Shown here: piece by piece, positions 11,245 to 20,949 of the stretch
Position numbering within the stretch: position 1 is the stretch's first letter
Layout: each line of letters starts with the position of its first letter
Source of the DNA: an uncultured delta proteobacterium
GTDB taxonomy: Bacteria > Myxococcota_A > Polyangia > Polyangiales > Polyangiaceae
DNA length: 64,000 nt
Reading direction: 5' to 3'
Assembly (NCBI GenBank): GCA_963850305.1
Contig: CAWKKR010000008.1
Coordinates: 1,664,001 to 1,728,000 of the forward strand
Translations under genes and position numbers: made by a program
The notes under the pieces: generated by a model
What the model was told of the DNA's origin: nothing
The model's input: the letters and a program-made list of their open reading frames with translations, nothing else
Databases searched by the model: none

Positions 11245-12663
11245 TCAGTCGCCCGCGAGTTTCTGCTCGATCGCGGCCAGGTGCGCGTTCACCTGCGGGT
11301 CTCGCTGGCGGAGTTGTTCGACGCGACGCACGGCGCTCATGACCGTCGTGTGGTCGCGATTTCCGAACGCGCGCCCGAGCTCCGGAAAACTACATCCGAG
11401 CCGTTGCCGGCAAAGATACATCGCGACGTGGCGCGCGAACGCAACGCTCTTGTGGCGATCTTTGCTGAGCAGCTCCGAGTTCGAGAGGCGGAAGTGGTTG
11501 CAAACAGCCCGCTGGATATCCTCGACGCTGGTCGTCTCGGCTCGTGCCGGTGAGATGGCGGCGATCTCGGCGTTCGCGAAATCGAAGTCGATGCTTCGGC
11601 CGGTGAGAGACGCCTTCGCAGCGAGACGAATGAGGGTTCCTTCGAGCTCTCGTACGTTGGTCTTGATTCGCTGAGCGAGGAGCACGGCGACGTCGTCGCC
11701 GAGCGAAATCCCTTCCAGATGCGCTTTCTTTCGGACGATCGCGACGCGAGTCTCGAGCTCCGGCACGTGGACGTCTGCGACGAGACCGGACGTGAAGCGG
11801 GAAATCAGGCGCTCCGGCATCCGAGCGAGCTCCTGCGGGTACTTGTCGCTCGAAACGATGATCGGCTTGTCCGCGTCGTGCAGGGCGTTGAACGTGTGGA
11901 AGAATTCTTCCTGAGTTTGCTCTCGCCCGGCGAGGAATTGAATGTCGTCGAGGAGGAGAACGTCGCAGCTCGAGCGATATCGGGCCCGAAACTCGTCCAT
12001 CTTGTGATGCTGCAGCGCTTCGATGAATTCGTTCGTGAACCGCTCGGCGGAGACGTACACGACTCGTGCGTCGGGCCTCTTCTCGAGTACCCGATGCGCG
12101 ATGGCGTGCATCAAGTGCGTCTTCCCGAGGCCCGTACCCCCGCACAAGAAGAGAGGGTTATAACGAGGACCGCCCTCGCCCGCGGACGCGCATGCTGCGG
12201 CATAGGCCAGCTCGTTCGACGGCCCGACGACGAAGTTCGGAAAGGTGTGCTTCGCGTTGAGGCTGTCGCCATGAAGGAACCTGCCGGGCGCGCGGGCAAC
12301 CGGAGCCATCGTAGAAGGAGGCCGAGAACGTGGGCCCGATCGTGGATCGCGCGCCGGACAGACCGGGTTGGATAGATCGCTCGAGATGCGCCATTCCACA
12401 CGAAGCGTGTCGGGGGTCTCGACCCCCGCGAGCTCGCGCATGCGTTTCAAGAGCGTCGGCTGGAAGTGCTTCGTCACCCACTCGCGGACGAATTCGTCCC
12501 GGGCGACCAGTGCGACCGTCCCACCGCTGAAGCCGTCGAACTGAACCCCGCAGAACCACTGCTCGAACGTTGCGGGCGACAGCGAGCGCGTATGCTCGAT
12601 CGCTTCCCGCCAGATGTGGAAAGCCTGTGAGGAGCTGTCCTGGGTGCTCAGCGACACGTTCAA
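11245..12663 (-). CDS. dnaA: Chromosomal replication initiator DnaA
   Basis: TFPNFVVGPSNELA, YNPLFLCGGTGLGKTHL, LLLDDIQFL, QEEFFHTFN, NVRELEG, domain IV FGNRDHTTVMSA; TTG start. Confidence 0.96.
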   Translation of the reverse strand: MNVSLSTQDSSSQAFHIWREAIEHTRSLSPATFEQWFCGVQFDGFSGGTVALVARDEFVREWVTKHFQPTLLKRMRELAGVETPDTLRVEWRISSDLSNPVCPARDPRSGPRSRPPSTMAPVARAPGRFLHGDSLNAKHTFPNFVVGPSNELAYAAACASAGEGGPRYNPLFLCGGTGLGKTHLMHAIAHRVLEKRPDARVVYVSAERFTNEFIEALQHHKMDEFRARYRSSCDVLLLDDIQFLAGREQTQEEFFHTFNALHDADKPIIVSSDKYPQELARMPERLISRFTSGLVADVHVPELETRVAIVRKKAHLEGISLGDDVAVLLAQRIKTNVRELEGTLIRLAAKASLTGRSIDFDFANAEIAAISPARAETTSVEDIQRAVCNHFRLSNSELLSKDRHKSVAFARHVAMYLCRQRLGCSFPELGRAFGNRDHTTVMSAVRRVEQLRQRDPQVNAHLAAIEQKLAGD

Positions 12664-12696
12664 ACGTCACGACTCCAAAGAAGAAATGGCTACGCC

Positions 12697-12726
12697 CACA
12701 GATTGTCCCCAAGTGGACAGTCTGTG
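12697..12726. promoter_or_regulatory. Inverted repeat containing two DnaA-box-like 9-mers upstream of dnaA
   Basis: CACAGATTGTCCCC-AA-GTGGACAGTCTGTG: 14-bp arms, 2 mismatches. Contains TTGTCCCCA (+) and CTGTCCACT (-), near-matches to TTATCCACA/TTGTCCACA. Confidence 0.55.
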
Positions 12727-13256
12727 ATCTACGTCCGTCCCCGGATCCAGCCCCGCCCTCGGACGTGCATCGATTCGTCGATCTGAAAAGGACTCGGCAT
12801 CGCGCTAGTTGGAGGAGGGAAGGGTTTCACGCTCGTCGTTCAACGGTCACACGTTCGCAACCTGAGCATGCCCGTCGAACCAACCATCGCCAGCTAGCAC
12901 CGCCTCGTGACGGAACTCAATGGGGTATTTTTTGCCTCGCACGATCTCGCGAAAAATCTCGGACTTCACGTTCCGCTCGTTCGCGCGCGCGACCGATTCG
13001 CGACGCCACGCGTTCTCTCGCGATCAGTAAGTCGTCAGACTTGGGAGAGAAATGGTCGATCGCTCGGAGTAGGCCGTCGCGTTCTCGCGTCAACTTCGGT
13101 GGTTTCCGTCGTCAAGGGGTAACGACCACGCTCGAACGAGGGGGCACATTTGCATGTGGCCGAACGTTTCGGCCCGCAGCTGCGAATTTGTTGCCCGCGT
13201 TTCGCCGTCGAGAGTATCGAGTGCGGGTCGCGGCGCGAGTTCGATCGCGCTCCCCC

Positions 13257-14270
13257 ATGCTGAGAGTTCTCGGAACGTCCAGCACGTCGCGGATCGTCGC
13301 GCGTGCAATCGCGACGACGGCCATCGCCGCCGCCGCGACGGTTGCCAGTGACGCCCGCGCGGACCCGAGTTCGCTCGCTCCCGAGGTGGGTTACAATTAC
13401 GGACAGACCGAGTCGCCCCGGATTGCCGCGATGGGCGGCGCGTTGCGGGCGTTCTCGAACTCGACGGAATCGCTCTTCGAGAATCCGGCGAACATGGCGG
13501 TGACGCGCGTCTACCACATTGCCGCGATCGCGCAGATCTGGCCCGAGGCGGCGCGCCAGAGCTACGGAGCCGCGATCGTCGATTCGATCGTGTCGTCGTC
13601 GCACCTCGCGGGCGGACTGAGCGCCACGTGGACGAGTCAGGATCCGGACGGCGTCGATCGGACGGCGCTCGACGTGCGCTTTGCCCTTGCGTACCCGTTC
13701 TCCGACCACGTGTTTCTCGGTGCGACGGCGCGTTACCTGTCGCTCAAGCAATCCGGCTCCCCCCTCGGTACCTATGATCTGAGTCCGAGCATCGCCGCCG
13801 GAGGGCTATCGGGGAAGCCGATCGTCCAGAATCTCAGCTTCGACGCAGGTCTGACCATCAAGCCCGTCCAAGAGGTCGCGCTATCCGTTGTCGGATACAA
13901 CCTGGGGGACAACGGCCAGGGGTTCATGCCGCTGATGCTCGGCGGCGGCGCCGGTTTCGGCACGCAGGATTTCACGATCGAAGCCGACCTGCTCGGAGAC
14001 TTCACCACCTACGGGACGACCAAGACGCGCGCCATGCTCGGGGGAGAGTACCTCCTGGCAGACCACTTCCCGATTCGCGCAGGCTATCGTTACGACCAGG
14101 GACAACAGAGCCACACGATCGCTGGTGGCCTCGGTTACATCGACAACGCCTACTCCGTCGAGGTCGGGTTCGAGCACAACGTCGTGGGCCCGGCGTCCAC
14201 CGCGATCATCCTCGGATTCAAATATCACGTCGAGAGCCTCGGCCTCGAACCCCAGGACACGGAGCAATGA
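13257..14270 (+). CDS. Outer-membrane beta-barrel protein (FadL/PorV-like)
   Basis: Signal peptide ending ARA|D; PRIAAMGGALRA...LFENPANM resembles the FadL/PorV N-terminal motif; alternating beta-strands; IRAGYRYD. Confidence 0.7.
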   Translation: MLRVLGTSSTSRIVARAIATTAIAAAATVASDARADPSSLAPEVGYNYGQTESPRIAAMGGALRAFSNSTESLFENPANMAVTRVYHIAAIAQIWPEAARQSYGAAIVDSIVSSSHLAGGLSATWTSQDPDGVDRTALDVRFALAYPFSDHVFLGATARYLSLKQSGSPLGTYDLSPSIAAGGLSGKPIVQNLSFDAGLTIKPVQEVALSVVGYNLGDNGQGFMPLMLGGGAGFGTQDFTIEADLLGDFTTYGTTKTRAMLGGEYLLADHFPIRAGYRYDQGQQSHTIAGGLGYIDNAYSVEVGFEHNVVGPASTAIILGFKYHVESLGLEPQDTEQ

Positions 14271-14303
14271 CGCGGCTCCCTTCGTCGTAGGTTCGAATCT
14301 CGC

Positions 14304-15644
14304 TCAACCCAGCGCGTGTGCAAGGTCGGCGTAGAGAGCATCTCCTGCTTCGATCAGCGCGGCGTCGCTCGTTTGCGATTCGGGAGGGAGGTGCGCCTCG
14401 TCGCGGAGTTGCTCGACCGCGCGCGGGTTCCGGTAGAAGTCCTCGTCGTGCGTGTCACGCAGCCTCCTGCCAAAGGACGACGACAGGAGCAAGCCCGCGA
14501 ACCGCTGCGGGTCGTCCGAATGAAGTCGGAACACCGCGCCCGCCACGTTCGGCGGTAACCTCACGCCGAACGCGCGGACCACGCCGTCCTCGAACGACTC
14601 CGCGAAGCTTCGTCGTCCCTCGAGTGCGGCCTTGCGCAGCAGGACGCGCAAGGCGGCCGCCCTCGATTCGATCAGAAGGGCCGTCGCGAACACGCGCACG
14701 TGGTCGCGGAGCTTCGCCGTGTCCACGGCGAGGGCTCGCCGGGCGAAGCTGGATTCCGCGGGTAATCGGCCGAGGAGCGCCCCGAACAAGCGACGCCGCA
14801 GGCCATAGGGATCGTGCGCGACGACGAACGGTTGATCGTGCGGCGCGGTCGCGTCCACCCAGGCCGCGCCGACGCGAGCGAGGGCGCGCGACAAACTCGT
14901 CGGGCCTCGCATCGCCGGAAGCTTGCCGGGATCCAGATCCACTCCGGAGAACAGGGCCGAATCGCGGAAGAGGTCGAGGAGCGTGCGCGGCAAGAGCCGG
15001 CTCGGCGAGCCCTCCTTTGCGGTCTCTGCTAGCGCGAGACCGATGAGCTCCGCGAGCGTTCGCTCGGCCGAGCCATCGAGCATGTCTTGCGTCCGGTCCA
15101 GCCAGCGCGAAGCTGCCGGGGCGACGTCCAGGCCCGGGCTCTCGATCGCGTCTGGACCTGGGAGAGCCATGCGCAGCGCGACTTCCTGACGCCGCTCCCA
15201 CAACAGCGCCACGGCTCGACCGGTATCACCGCTCATACGCACGAACGAACGAAGCCATTCGGCTCGTCGCCCCGGTTCGGCGAAGGCGAGGCCGAGCATC
15301 GACGATGTCGAGAGCCTCGCGTGTTCCGGTTCGGACACGACCCGTGCCCGGTGACGCTCGGATGCGATCTGCACCAGCGCCGCGCGATCGATCCGCTGCT
15401 CCGCCAGGCGATAGACCCAGCGCAGCAAGCGCGAGCGGAGAGGATCCGACTCCGGCATCCCGCGAATCGCGAGAAACGCAGAGCGCCCCGCGATGGTCCG
15501 CGCGGCCCAGAACGGATCCTCGTCCAGGCCGTCGCCATCGCGGAGTCGCCTTCTCCATCCACGCACGGCCCTCGCAGCGCTCGCGATCTCCCGGTCGAGC
15601 CTCAACGGATCCAGCTCTTCGAGATCGCGTTCGGTGAGCGCCAC
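14304..15644 (-). CDS. Hypothetical protein (possibly a degenerate M3-like peptidase fold)
   Basis: 446-aa ORF in a clean gene slot; C-terminal HDEDFYRNPRA; no HExxH visible. Family assignment is weak. Confidence 0.55.
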   Translation of the reverse strand: MALTERDLEELDPLRLDREIASAARAVRGWRRRLRDGDGLDEDPFWAARTIAGRSAFLAIRGMPESDPLRSRLLRWVYRLAEQRIDRAALVQIASERHRARVVSEPEHARLSTSSMLGLAFAEPGRRAEWLRSFVRMSGDTGRAVALLWERRQEVALRMALPGPDAIESPGLDVAPAASRWLDRTQDMLDGSAERTLAELIGLALAETAKEGSPSRLLPRTLLDLFRDSALFSGVDLDPGKLPAMRGPTSLSRALARVGAAWVDATAPHDQPFVVAHDPYGLRRRLFGALLGRLPAESSFARRALAVDTAKLRDHVRVFATALLIESRAAALRVLLRKAALEGRRSFAESFEDGVVRAFGVRLPPNVAGAVFRLHSDDPQRFAGLLLSSSFGRRLRDTHDEDFYRNPRAVEQLRDEAHLPPESQTSDAALIEAGDALYADLAHALG

Positions 15645-15688
15645 GGCGACGAGTGTATCCGACGTTCTGCCGTGGAATACTCCGTCCG

Positions 15689-16096
15689 GTGCGGAAGCTC
15701 CCGGTGCTCCAGGACGCGACGACCGACGACGCGCTCGCGGCGTCGCGACCCCCGTGGCAATGGGTGCTCATCGGCGCCGGGTTTGCGCTCACTCTCTGGG
15801 CGCCACTCGCCGCCATTGCCGTGCCACTGATTCCCAGACTCGGCGCGCTGCCGGTACTCCTGTCGTTCGGGATCGCGGCGGGTACGGCGGGTGGGTTCGT
15901 CGGGCGCTTCGGGGGGCGCGCTCGTCGTCGCGAGGCGGCCCTGTCGGGTCTCGTCGCCGCGGCCGCCGCGGCTGCTCTCGCGGTGCTCGGGGCGCGCTTT
16001 TCCTCGGTGGAAGCGCTCGCGGGGTTCGCGGTGCTCGGGGCGACCGGGGCCGTTTTTGCCGGGGCGGGCGCCCGATTCGGGCTCCGAAGACGCTGA
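15689..16096 (+). CDS. Small integral membrane protein
   Basis: About 4 hydrophobic helices (WQWVLIGAGF..., VLLSFGIAAG..., ALSGLVAAAAAA..., LAGFAVLG...); GTG start chosen at VRKLPVLQ. Confidence 0.6.
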   Translation: MRKLPVLQDATTDDALAASRPPWQWVLIGAGFALTLWAPLAAIAVPLIPRLGALPVLLSFGIAAGTAGGFVGRFGGRARRREAALSGLVAAAAAAALAVLGARFSSVEALAGFAVLGATGAVFAGAGARFGLRRR

Positions 16097-16146
16097 TCCT
16101 GACGGTCTCCCGGCGGGACCGCCGTGCTGATGCTAGATTCGACGCG

Positions 16147-16773
16147 ATGAAAGCAATCGACGACGAGCTGACCAAGGCCGTCGAGGACTCCGAGGCCGAC
16201 GAAGCGTCGCGCCCCGTCGTCATGCCGGAGTCGCCGCCGCCGCCGGGACGTCAGCCGCGACGGGAGCTCCCGTTGCTGATCGCGCTACTCGTCATCGCCG
16301 GCGCCATCGTCGCGCTCGTCATGACCAACCTGAACGACGCGGCGATCTACTCGAAGAGCGTCGATCAGGTCGTCGGTCACGAGGAAGCGCTCGGCAACCG
16401 GAACCTCCGCGTCCAGGGCACTCTCGTCAAAGGCACCCTCGTGCGCCGTGACTCTCCCTGCGAGTACCGGTTCCGGATGAAGAAGAACGGCGCGGAAATC
16501 GAGGTGCGGTATCCACAATGCGTCGTGCCGGACACGTTTCGCGATATTCCGACCATGGACGTGGACGTGACCGCGACCGGAAAGCTCGCCGCGGACGGGC
16601 ACTTTCAGGCGACCGAGATCATGGCGAAGTGTCCGTCCAAGTACGACATGAGGAAGCGCGAAGCGGCGGGGCAACAGATGCCGCACGGCATGCTGTCGTC
16701 CACGGGGCTCACGCCGGCTTCCGTGCCCGCGGCGCTGGCGCCGGCTTCCGCGCCCGCGGCGCCTTCCTACTAG
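16147..16773 (+). CDS. ccmE: Cytochrome c maturation heme chaperone CcmE, CxxxY variant
   Basis: TM anchor, LRVQGTLVKG, VPDTFR, V.ATGKL...F.ATEIMAKCPSKY. Confidence 0.85.
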   Translation: MKAIDDELTKAVEDSEADEASRPVVMPESPPPPGRQPRRELPLLIALLVIAGAIVALVMTNLNDAAIYSKSVDQVVGHEEALGNRNLRVQGTLVKGTLVRRDSPCEYRFRMKKNGAEIEVRYPQCVVPDTFRDIPTMDVDVTATGKLAADGHFQATEIMAKCPSKYDMRKREAAGQQMPHGMLSSTGLTPASVPAALAPASAPAAPSY

Positions 16774-16777
16774 TCTC

Positions 16778-17806
16778 ATGTGGGATCGATTCCTGCGCGC
16801 GTGTCGCCGCGAGCCTGTGGACGTGACGCCCGTGTGGTTCATGCGCCAGGCGGGACGCTACATGGCCGAGTACCGGGCGATCCGCGAGCGGCACACGCTG
16901 CTCGACATCTGCAAGCAGCCCGAGCTCGCGACGGAAGTGACGCTTCAGCCCGTCCGCGCTCTGGGCGTGGACGCGGCGATCCTCTTCGCGGACATCCTCT
17001 TGCCGCTCGAGCCTATGGGCGCTCCCTTCGAGTTCGCGGCAGGAGAAGGCCCGCGCTTCCTCGAACCCGTGCGCGATCGTGCCGCCGTCGACGGGCTCCG
17101 TCTCATCGATCCGGAGGAGAGTCTCGCCTATGTGCTCGCTGCGATCCGGATGATCCGCGCGGAGCTCGACGGCAAGACGCCGCTCATCGGGTTTGCCGGA
17201 GCGCCATTCACCCTCGCAAGCTATCTGATCGAGGGCGGGAAGAGTGCGAACTACGCGACGACGAAGCGGCTCATGTATCGAGAGCCCGAGACGTGGCACG
17301 CGCTCATGAAGAAGCTTTCGGAGGTCGTGCGCCGCTATCTCCGGGCGCAGGTCGTCGCGGGCGCGCAGGCGGTACAGCTCTTCGATTCCTGGGTGGGGGA
17401 GCTCTCGCCCGTGGACTACGAGGAATACATCCTGCCGCACGTGCGCCACATCCTGTCGGACGTGGAGCGACTCGGCGTTCCGGTCATTCACTTCGGCACG
17501 GGTACGGCCATGTTGCTCGAGCTCCAGAAGCGCGCGGGCGGCAGCGTCATCGGTATCGACACGTACACGCCCCTCGACTGGGCCCGCCAGCGTCTCGGAC
17601 CGGGGGTTGCCGTGCAGGGGAATCTCGAGCCGCTCCTGCTCGGCGCTCCGAAGGACCTACTCGCGCGTCGCGTCGATGACGTCCTTCGCTCCGCAGGTTC
17701 CGCGCCGGGACACGTCTTCAATCTCGGACACGGTATCTTGCCCGACACGTCGCCGGACTCCGTGAAGTACGTCGTGGAGCTCGTGCACACCCGCACCGCT
17801 CGCTGA
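16778..17806 (+). CDS. hemE: Uroporphyrinogen decarboxylase
   Basis: TPVWFMRQAGRYMAEY, DAAILFADIL, LIGFAGAPFTLASY, QLFDSW, QGNL, FNLGHG. Confidence 0.97.
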   Translation: MWDRFLRACRREPVDVTPVWFMRQAGRYMAEYRAIRERHTLLDICKQPELATEVTLQPVRALGVDAAILFADILLPLEPMGAPFEFAAGEGPRFLEPVRDRAAVDGLRLIDPEESLAYVLAAIRMIRAELDGKTPLIGFAGAPFTLASYLIEGGKSANYATTKRLMYREPETWHALMKKLSEVVRRYLRAQVVAGAQAVQLFDSWVGELSPVDYEEYILPHVRHILSDVERLGVPVIHFGTGTAMLLELQKRAGGSVIGIDTYTPLDWARQRLGPGVAVQGNLEPLLLGAPKDLLARRVDDVLRSAGSAPGHVFNLGHGILPDTSPDSVKYVVELVHTRTAR

Positions 17807-17835
17807 CCGGGACGATGCATTCCCTCTCACGACCC

Positions 17836-19296
17836 ATGACGAGCCGCGAGGGGCCTCGCGTCGTCGTGGTCGGAGGCGGCATCACGGGTCTCTCGGCCGC
17901 GTATGCCGTGCATCGTGCGCGGCCCGACGTCGCGCTCGAGCTATTCGAGGAACGCGAGAGCCTCGGCGGGAACATCCGTACCGAGCGACACGGGGACTAT
18001 CTCGTCGATGCCGGACCGGACTCGTTCATCCGGACCAAACCGGAGGCGCTCACCCTCTGTCGCGAGCTAGGCCTCGAGTCTCTACTCGTGCCCACCAAAC
18101 CTGAAGCTCGTCATGTCTACGTCGCCAGCGCCGGAAGGCTCGAGCTGATGCCCGGCGGAATGGCCCTCGCGGTGCCCACGCGTCTCGAGCCGCTGATGAA
18201 GACCCGGCTGCTCAGCTTGTCGGGCAAGCTCCGGATGCTGGCCGAGCCTTTCGTTCCGCGAGCGGACTTCGACTCCGATGAATCGATCGAGTCGTTCTTC
18301 ACGAGGCGCGTCGGCAAGGAGGGCGCGCGCCGGCTCGCCGGGCCGCTCCTCGGGGGGATCTACGCGGGGAACGTCGCGCAGCTCAGCATCCGTTCGACGT
18401 TTCCGCAGCTCGTCGAGCTCGAGCGCGAGCACGGTAGCTTGCTCCGTGGATTCTTCGCCGCGGAAATGGAACGCGCCGGCACACCGAAGAAGATCGGGCG
18501 TCGCGAGCTCCTCGAGTGGCTACGGCGAACCGGGGATGCGCGCGCGGCGAGCCCGTTCGCGTCGTTTCGCGGCGGCATGAGCACGCTCATCGACGCCCTT
18601 CGACGAACGCTACCGAGCGACGCCGTGCACGCCGCGTCGAAGGTCGATCACGTCCGCCGGTTGCCGAACGGGGCCTGGCAAGTCGAGATGCCGGAGCGGG
18701 CCGTCATCGCCGACGCCGTCATCGTGACCACCCCCGCTCACGTCGCATCGCGTCTGATCGCCGACGATGTCGTGTCCGCGGAGCTCGCGGGCATCCGATA
18801 CGTGTCGACCGCCACGGTGTTCTTCGGTCTTGAGCGCCGCCGCGTCGAGCATGGCCTCGATGGCTTCGGCTTCATCGTGCCGCCGGGAGAAGCGGAAATC
18901 CTCGCGAGCACGTGGGTCTCGAGCAAGTGGGACGATCGGGCGCCGAGCGACGGCGCGCTCGTCCGAGCCTTCGTCGGAGGGTCGCGCGATCCCGACCGCG
19001 TCGAGGCGTCGAGCGACGCGGAGCTCATCGACCTCGCGCGCTCCGAGCTCGAGCGATTCATGGGCCCCCTCGGTCCCGCGCGCTTCACGGCCGTGTTCCG
19101 TTACGCCGGCGCAAACCCACAGCCCGTCGTGGGCCACGGTGCGCTCCTCGGCCGTCTTCGCGAACGGCTCGAGGCGCTGCCCGGCCTTCACCTCGCTGGC
19201 GCCGCATACGAAGGAGTCGGCATTCCCGATTGCATCCGCCAGGCGCGCGTGGCGGCCGAGGCCGCCCTTCGACACGTTCCCGCACCTGCGGCGTGA
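17836..19296 (+). CDS. hemG: Protoporphyrinogen/coproporphyrinogen oxidase (HemY/HemG-type flavoprotein)
   Basis: VVGGGITGLSAA, DAGPDSF, PLLGGIYAG, GFGFIVP, YEGVGIPDCIRQA; follows hemE. Confidence 0.92.
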   Translation: MTSREGPRVVVVGGGITGLSAAYAVHRARPDVALELFEERESLGGNIRTERHGDYLVDAGPDSFIRTKPEALTLCRELGLESLLVPTKPEARHVYVASAGRLELMPGGMALAVPTRLEPLMKTRLLSLSGKLRMLAEPFVPRADFDSDESIESFFTRRVGKEGARRLAGPLLGGIYAGNVAQLSIRSTFPQLVELEREHGSLLRGFFAAEMERAGTPKKIGRRELLEWLRRTGDARAASPFASFRGGMSTLIDALRRTLPSDAVHAASKVDHVRRLPNGAWQVEMPERAVIADAVIVTTPAHVASRLIADDVVSAELAGIRYVSTATVFFGLERRRVEHGLDGFGFIVPPGEAEILASTWVSSKWDDRAPSDGALVRAFVGGSRDPDRVEASSDAELIDLARSELERFMGPLGPARFTAVFRYAGANPQPVVGHGALLGRLRERLEALPGLHLAGAAYEGVGIPDCIRQARVAAEAALRHVPAPAA

Positions 19297-19359
19297 AGTG
19301 CGAGCCGCAAAATCGCGGGCGAGACAGCCGGCGGTTTTGCTAAGCTCCGCGCCCGCTCC

Positions 19360-19430
19360 TCCGGTGTCGTTCAAGGGCAGGACAAGGGACTTTGAATCCC
19401 TGAATCGTGGTTCGATTCCACGCGCCGGAA
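19360..19430 (+). tRNA. tRNA-Gln(TTG)
   Basis: Acceptor TCCGGTG/CGCCGGA (U1-A72), anticodon arm AGGGA-CTTTGAA-TCCCT, T arm CGTGG-TTCGATT-CCACG. CCA not encoded (followed by CCG). TGCTAAGCT extended -10-like element just upstream. Confidence 0.93.
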
Positions 19431-19595
19431 CCGTCGATTCATGAACGATCGCCCTTCATTTCGGGTCTTCTCGAACGACGGCCACATGCTTCGCTGGCCC
19501 TGACGGCCTGCAGCGCCCTCGTCCTCCGCTACCATCCCCGCGTTTCAGCCGGGCTATCCTGCTCGCTCGTACCTACTCGTGTCTTCTCGTGGCCC

Positions 19596-20624
19596 TCACA
19601 TCTCGTCGCTCAGCGTGTCGAAGGCCCTCCGGCCCTTCTCCGTGGTCGGCGTGTAGCCGTCGGGATTGATCTTTGGCGTCGCGCCCTGCACGGGCTTCCC
19701 GGCGAGGAACGCGTCGAGATCGGCGAGCAGCGCCGTCATCGACGCGTAGCGATTGTCCGGGTGCTTGCGGGTCGCCGAGAGCACGATCGGATCGACGCGC
19801 GGGTCGAGATCGTCCACGAGCCACGAGGGAGGCGGCAGCGGGCTCATGAGATGGTGGGTGAGGATGCTCTGGTTGGCGCACGCATCGAAGGGGAGCTCTC
19901 CCGTGATGCACCGGAAGAGCACGACGCCGAGCGAGTAGACATCGGCGCGAAAATCCGTCGTCTCGGCGACCGCTTGCTCGGGTGCGATGTACTCGATGGT
20001 GCCGAGCACGTTGCGCTCTTCGGTGAGCGGCCCTTCGATGCGCTGGGAGAAGCCGAAGTCGATGACTTTCACGGCGACCCCGTGGCGATCGACGTCGCAC
20101 AGGAAGAGATTGTCGGGCTTCACGTCGCGATGGACGTAGCCCGCGCGATGGACGGCCGCGAGCCCCCGCGCGGCCTCCCTCACCAGGCCGAACGCTTCGA
20201 GGAAGGGGAGTCTCTTCACGTCGCGGAGCTTGTCTCCGAGCGTCTCGCCGACCAGCGCTTCCGTTGCCATGAATGGCTCTCCCCATGCGCTCGTGCCGGC
20301 GTCGAGGATGCGCGCCACGTTCGCGTGCGCGACGCCGCAGCCCACCGCGAGCTCCGCGTCGAAGCGCTCGCGGGTCGCGAACGGCGTGGTGCCATACGGC
20401 GGGATGACCTTGACTGCGACGTAGGCGTTCGTCCGCTCATCGCGCGCGAGAAACACACGGCTCGCCGACCCCTTGCCGAGCGGCTCGAGCAAGAGATAGC
20501 GGCTCACGAGGCGATCACCGAGAAAGGTGCGCTGAGGTGCGCCCTCCACGCTGGAGCTCGGCGCGAGGAACGCGCTCGGAGTCAGACTTCTCATGGAAGT
20601 CGAAAGCGTATCATCTCCGTCCAT
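19596..20624 (-). CDS. Ser/Thr protein kinase (Hanks type), cytoplasmic
   Basis: LGKGSASRV, VAVK, HRDVKPDN, DFG, GTIEYIAPE, DVYSLG; catalytic motifs intact. Confidence 0.92.
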   Translation of the reverse strand: MDGDDTLSTSMRSLTPSAFLAPSSSVEGAPQRTFLGDRLVSRYLLLEPLGKGSASRVFLARDERTNAYVAVKVIPPYGTTPFATRERFDAELAVGCGVAHANVARILDAGTSAWGEPFMATEALVGETLGDKLRDVKRLPFLEAFGLVREAARGLAAVHRAGYVHRDVKPDNLFLCDVDRHGVAVKVIDFGFSQRIEGPLTEERNVLGTIEYIAPEQAVAETTDFRADVYSLGVVLFRCITGELPFDACANQSILTHHLMSPLPPPSWLVDDLDPRVDPIVLSATRKHPDNRYASMTALLADLDAFLAGKPVQGATPKINPDGYTPTTEKGRRAFDTLSDEM

Positions 20625-20676
20625 TGCTTTCCAAAGAGGGCTCTCCCAGGCAGCAACGTGAGGCGAGAAGCGGGGC

Positions 20677-20712
20677 TCAGAGGCCGATCTTGTGGGACCT
20701 GAGTTGGTTCAT
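20677..20712 (-). CDS. Candidate 11-aa upstream ORF MNQLRSHKIGL
   Basis: GGAGG-7nt-ATG...TGA between a sigma54 motif and the kinase gene. Confidence 0.4.
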   Translation of the reverse strand: MNQLRSHKIGL

Positions 20713-20737
20713 GGCGAAACCTCCGTCGTGCCCTCAT

Positions 20738-20753
20738 CGCAAGCCGCGTGCCG
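20738..20753 (-). promoter_or_regulatory. sigma54 -24/-12 promoter
   Basis: Minus strand CGGCACGCGGCTTGCG matches GGCACG-N4-TTGC with GG-N10-GC spacing; intergenic, pointing at the uORF and kinase. Confidence 0.7.
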
Positions 20754-20949
20754 GGCATCGTCGGCGCGAAATCCTGCTGAATCCCGTCGAGGGAGGTTTC
20801 ATCGGGTGCAGCAAGGAACGTTCACTGCAGTCCCCTCACTGCACGGGCGCGCGGCGCCCTCAGAACGACTGACCCTTGCGATTCGATTCCCAGGGTTCGC
20901 GAACGCGGCAGCGCTGGGAGACGTCCGGCGTCCCCTCGCGAACAGTTCC

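Noticed and set aside
12664..13256. oriC
   Set aside because: Too few DnaA boxes, no AT-rich unwinding element, no dnaN; kept only as a possible autoregulatory site.
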